NCBI GenBank assembly: GCA_964106915.2 | Contig: OZ066923.1 | Length of the DNA stretch: 64,000 bases | Source: Podarcis gaigeae | Taxonomy: Eukaryota | Direction: 5' to 3' (one strand) | Part shown: one piece after another, positions 62,278 through 64,000 of the stretch | Layout: every line of letters starts with the position of its first letter | Numbering within the stretch: position 1 is the stretch's first letter | The notes under the pieces: generated by a model | What the model saw: only the letters and a program-made list of their open reading frames with translations | Database searches by the model: none | Told to the model about the DNA's origin: nothing | Program-made: the position numbers and the translations under genes

Positions 62278-64000
62278 TAGCAATCCCAAATAAGTCTGCA
62301 TATAGTTCATATAGTGTTGTGACATTTCACAACAGTGGAATAAACAGTTTAGAAATGCCTTGCCCCCAATTCAGTATATAGAATGTGAGGTACAAATAAG
62401 CAAAGATGGTCAGCCATTGTTGTATGAGCAGCAGAGACTGGTTTGGTGCAAAAACTCAAAACTTCTTATTTAGTCATATGCAATTCTGCCTTACTGGATA
62501 TACTCCAGAGCACTATTTAAAATCTACAACTATCTATCCAACCATTTGAGAAATTACCTGTTCGTCTTAGCTATATGGCCTCCTCTGGTTTCAAGCACCT
62601 TTCCCCCTTCTTTGCAGTGCAGTAAGAAATACCAGTCCCACCTCTCTTTTAAACCCTTCAAACCTTTTCATTTACAAAGTCTTTTCTGATCGACCCACCT
62701 TGTACTACCTGTTAAAACTTTCAACACCCACCCCCATCATTGGTAGTCCTTCATCAAAGCCTTCCCCCTCACATTTCACCTTTGTCCCATCCATGTGTAC
62801 TTTTCGAGTGTAGGCCCTTTGGATACAGATTGTGTCAACACTATGTTCTTTACAGTGCCTCCTGGTCTTTTCTATCTTACTGCAATTTAGATAACATGTA
62901 ACGTGTAATACAGTGTCTAGACTTTCAGGCTGGATATGGAAAATCTCTGTTCAGATCTTGCCTGCTATCAAGCTTACAGACTGTTGTTGGGCAAGTCACT
63001 GTGTTTAGCCTAGTTATTGTCAAGGAAAATGCCAGTCCTTTTTGGAGGAAAGATGGGTATCCATAACATTTTAAAGAACAATACCATTTTTAGCAGAATA
63101 TTGGAAACTCCTTTCATTTTCTCTGAACATTTCTCACGCTTTCCATTAAGAAATACAAAAAACTGGGTTTATCAGGAGACACCTTGCTGTTTTCTTAGTG
63201 GTTAAAATGGGAATACAGTATGCTATCCCAAGGATAACAATTCTCCAGATCATTCTCCTCTCCTGTGCTCCAAAATTTCCAGGGATTTTCTTTATATCCC
63301 AGAATGAGAGACGGGGGCATAATTGTCCAGCATATCTAAATATCACTTTGTACCAAAAATCTAGAAAGAGCCTAGACCTCAGAACAAATATACAGTGCCC
63401 TAGTTCACATGTAACACTGACAGATGACATGACTGGATTCAGATGTAATGCTAAGCCAAGCATGTTTAGTTCAGGTAGAGCAGCAGGCAGGAATAAGAAA
63501 GGAGTAAAGCAGCAGAATTTTCACTGAAAGCATCAGCACACCTGTATATTCATTCTTACCCATGGTTTGGCTTAGTGTTGTGTGTGAAACAAGCCAGTAT
63601 GCAGTCATTGCACAATAAAAGGTTAGAGATATGAAGGAAGGAAACACCTTTCAGGCAGCCAAAACACTGTTTTTCTTTTTTAGAAAAAAAGGATACTGTA
63701 TTCCAAGCATCTGTAGCACACAGATTTCATGGGATTTGGGGATCGTTCCAATTACTGGTTTGTTATTAAGGGAGCTAGATCAGGCCATTATCCTCTCAGT
63801 TTTTCCATGGGTGGAAAACAGCTTTCATCACTTTGAATTATTGTACCTTTGGCTTTGGATTTTATATAAAAAGAACATAAATCTGGGTCATTTGGTGTAT
63901 TCCAAGAAATAGCTCTCTGGGATGCCAACAAATGTATGGATTAATGATTTGTTTAAAACCCTAAAATATTTTTTAAAAAAACTGAACAGTATTTTTAAAG

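Noticed and set aside
1-64000. CRISPR arrays, operons or other prokaryotic systems
   Set aside because: The sequence is clearly vertebrate (spliceosomal introns, SINEs/LINEs, CpG island). No regularly spaced repeat-spacer array is present.

Overview
This is eukaryotic genomic DNA from a squamate reptile. The Sauria/Squam SINEs suggest a lacertid lizard. The window holds two convergent genes. (1) + strand: the last eight coding exons of CACNA2D4 (voltage-gated Ca channel alpha2delta-4; 1564-22288). They include a 21-nt microexon at the predicted alpha2/delta junction and a minor-spliceosome (U12-type) AT-AC intron. (2) - strand: a complete ADIPOR2 gene with a CpG-island promoter and non-coding exon 1 near 57.8-58.4 kb, seven coding exons giving 382 aa, and a 3'UTR ending near 24.28 kb. 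Introns and flanks carry Sauria SINEs, tRNA-derived SINEs, CR1 and L2 LINE fragments, hAT and Tc1/mariner MITEs, and microsatellites. Most short ORFs in the supplied track are noise. The most striking unexplained signal is the splicing-control module around the CACNA2D4 microexon: 17 YCAY motifs in 131 nt, a 185-nt AG-free zone, and TGC motifs at the acceptor. Other notable signals are the AT-AC intron, whose retention would add a hydrophobic C-terminus, and two CR1 copies that share about 45 nt of sequence beyond their tails. Gene identities come from my recall of the human protein sequences; no database search was run.
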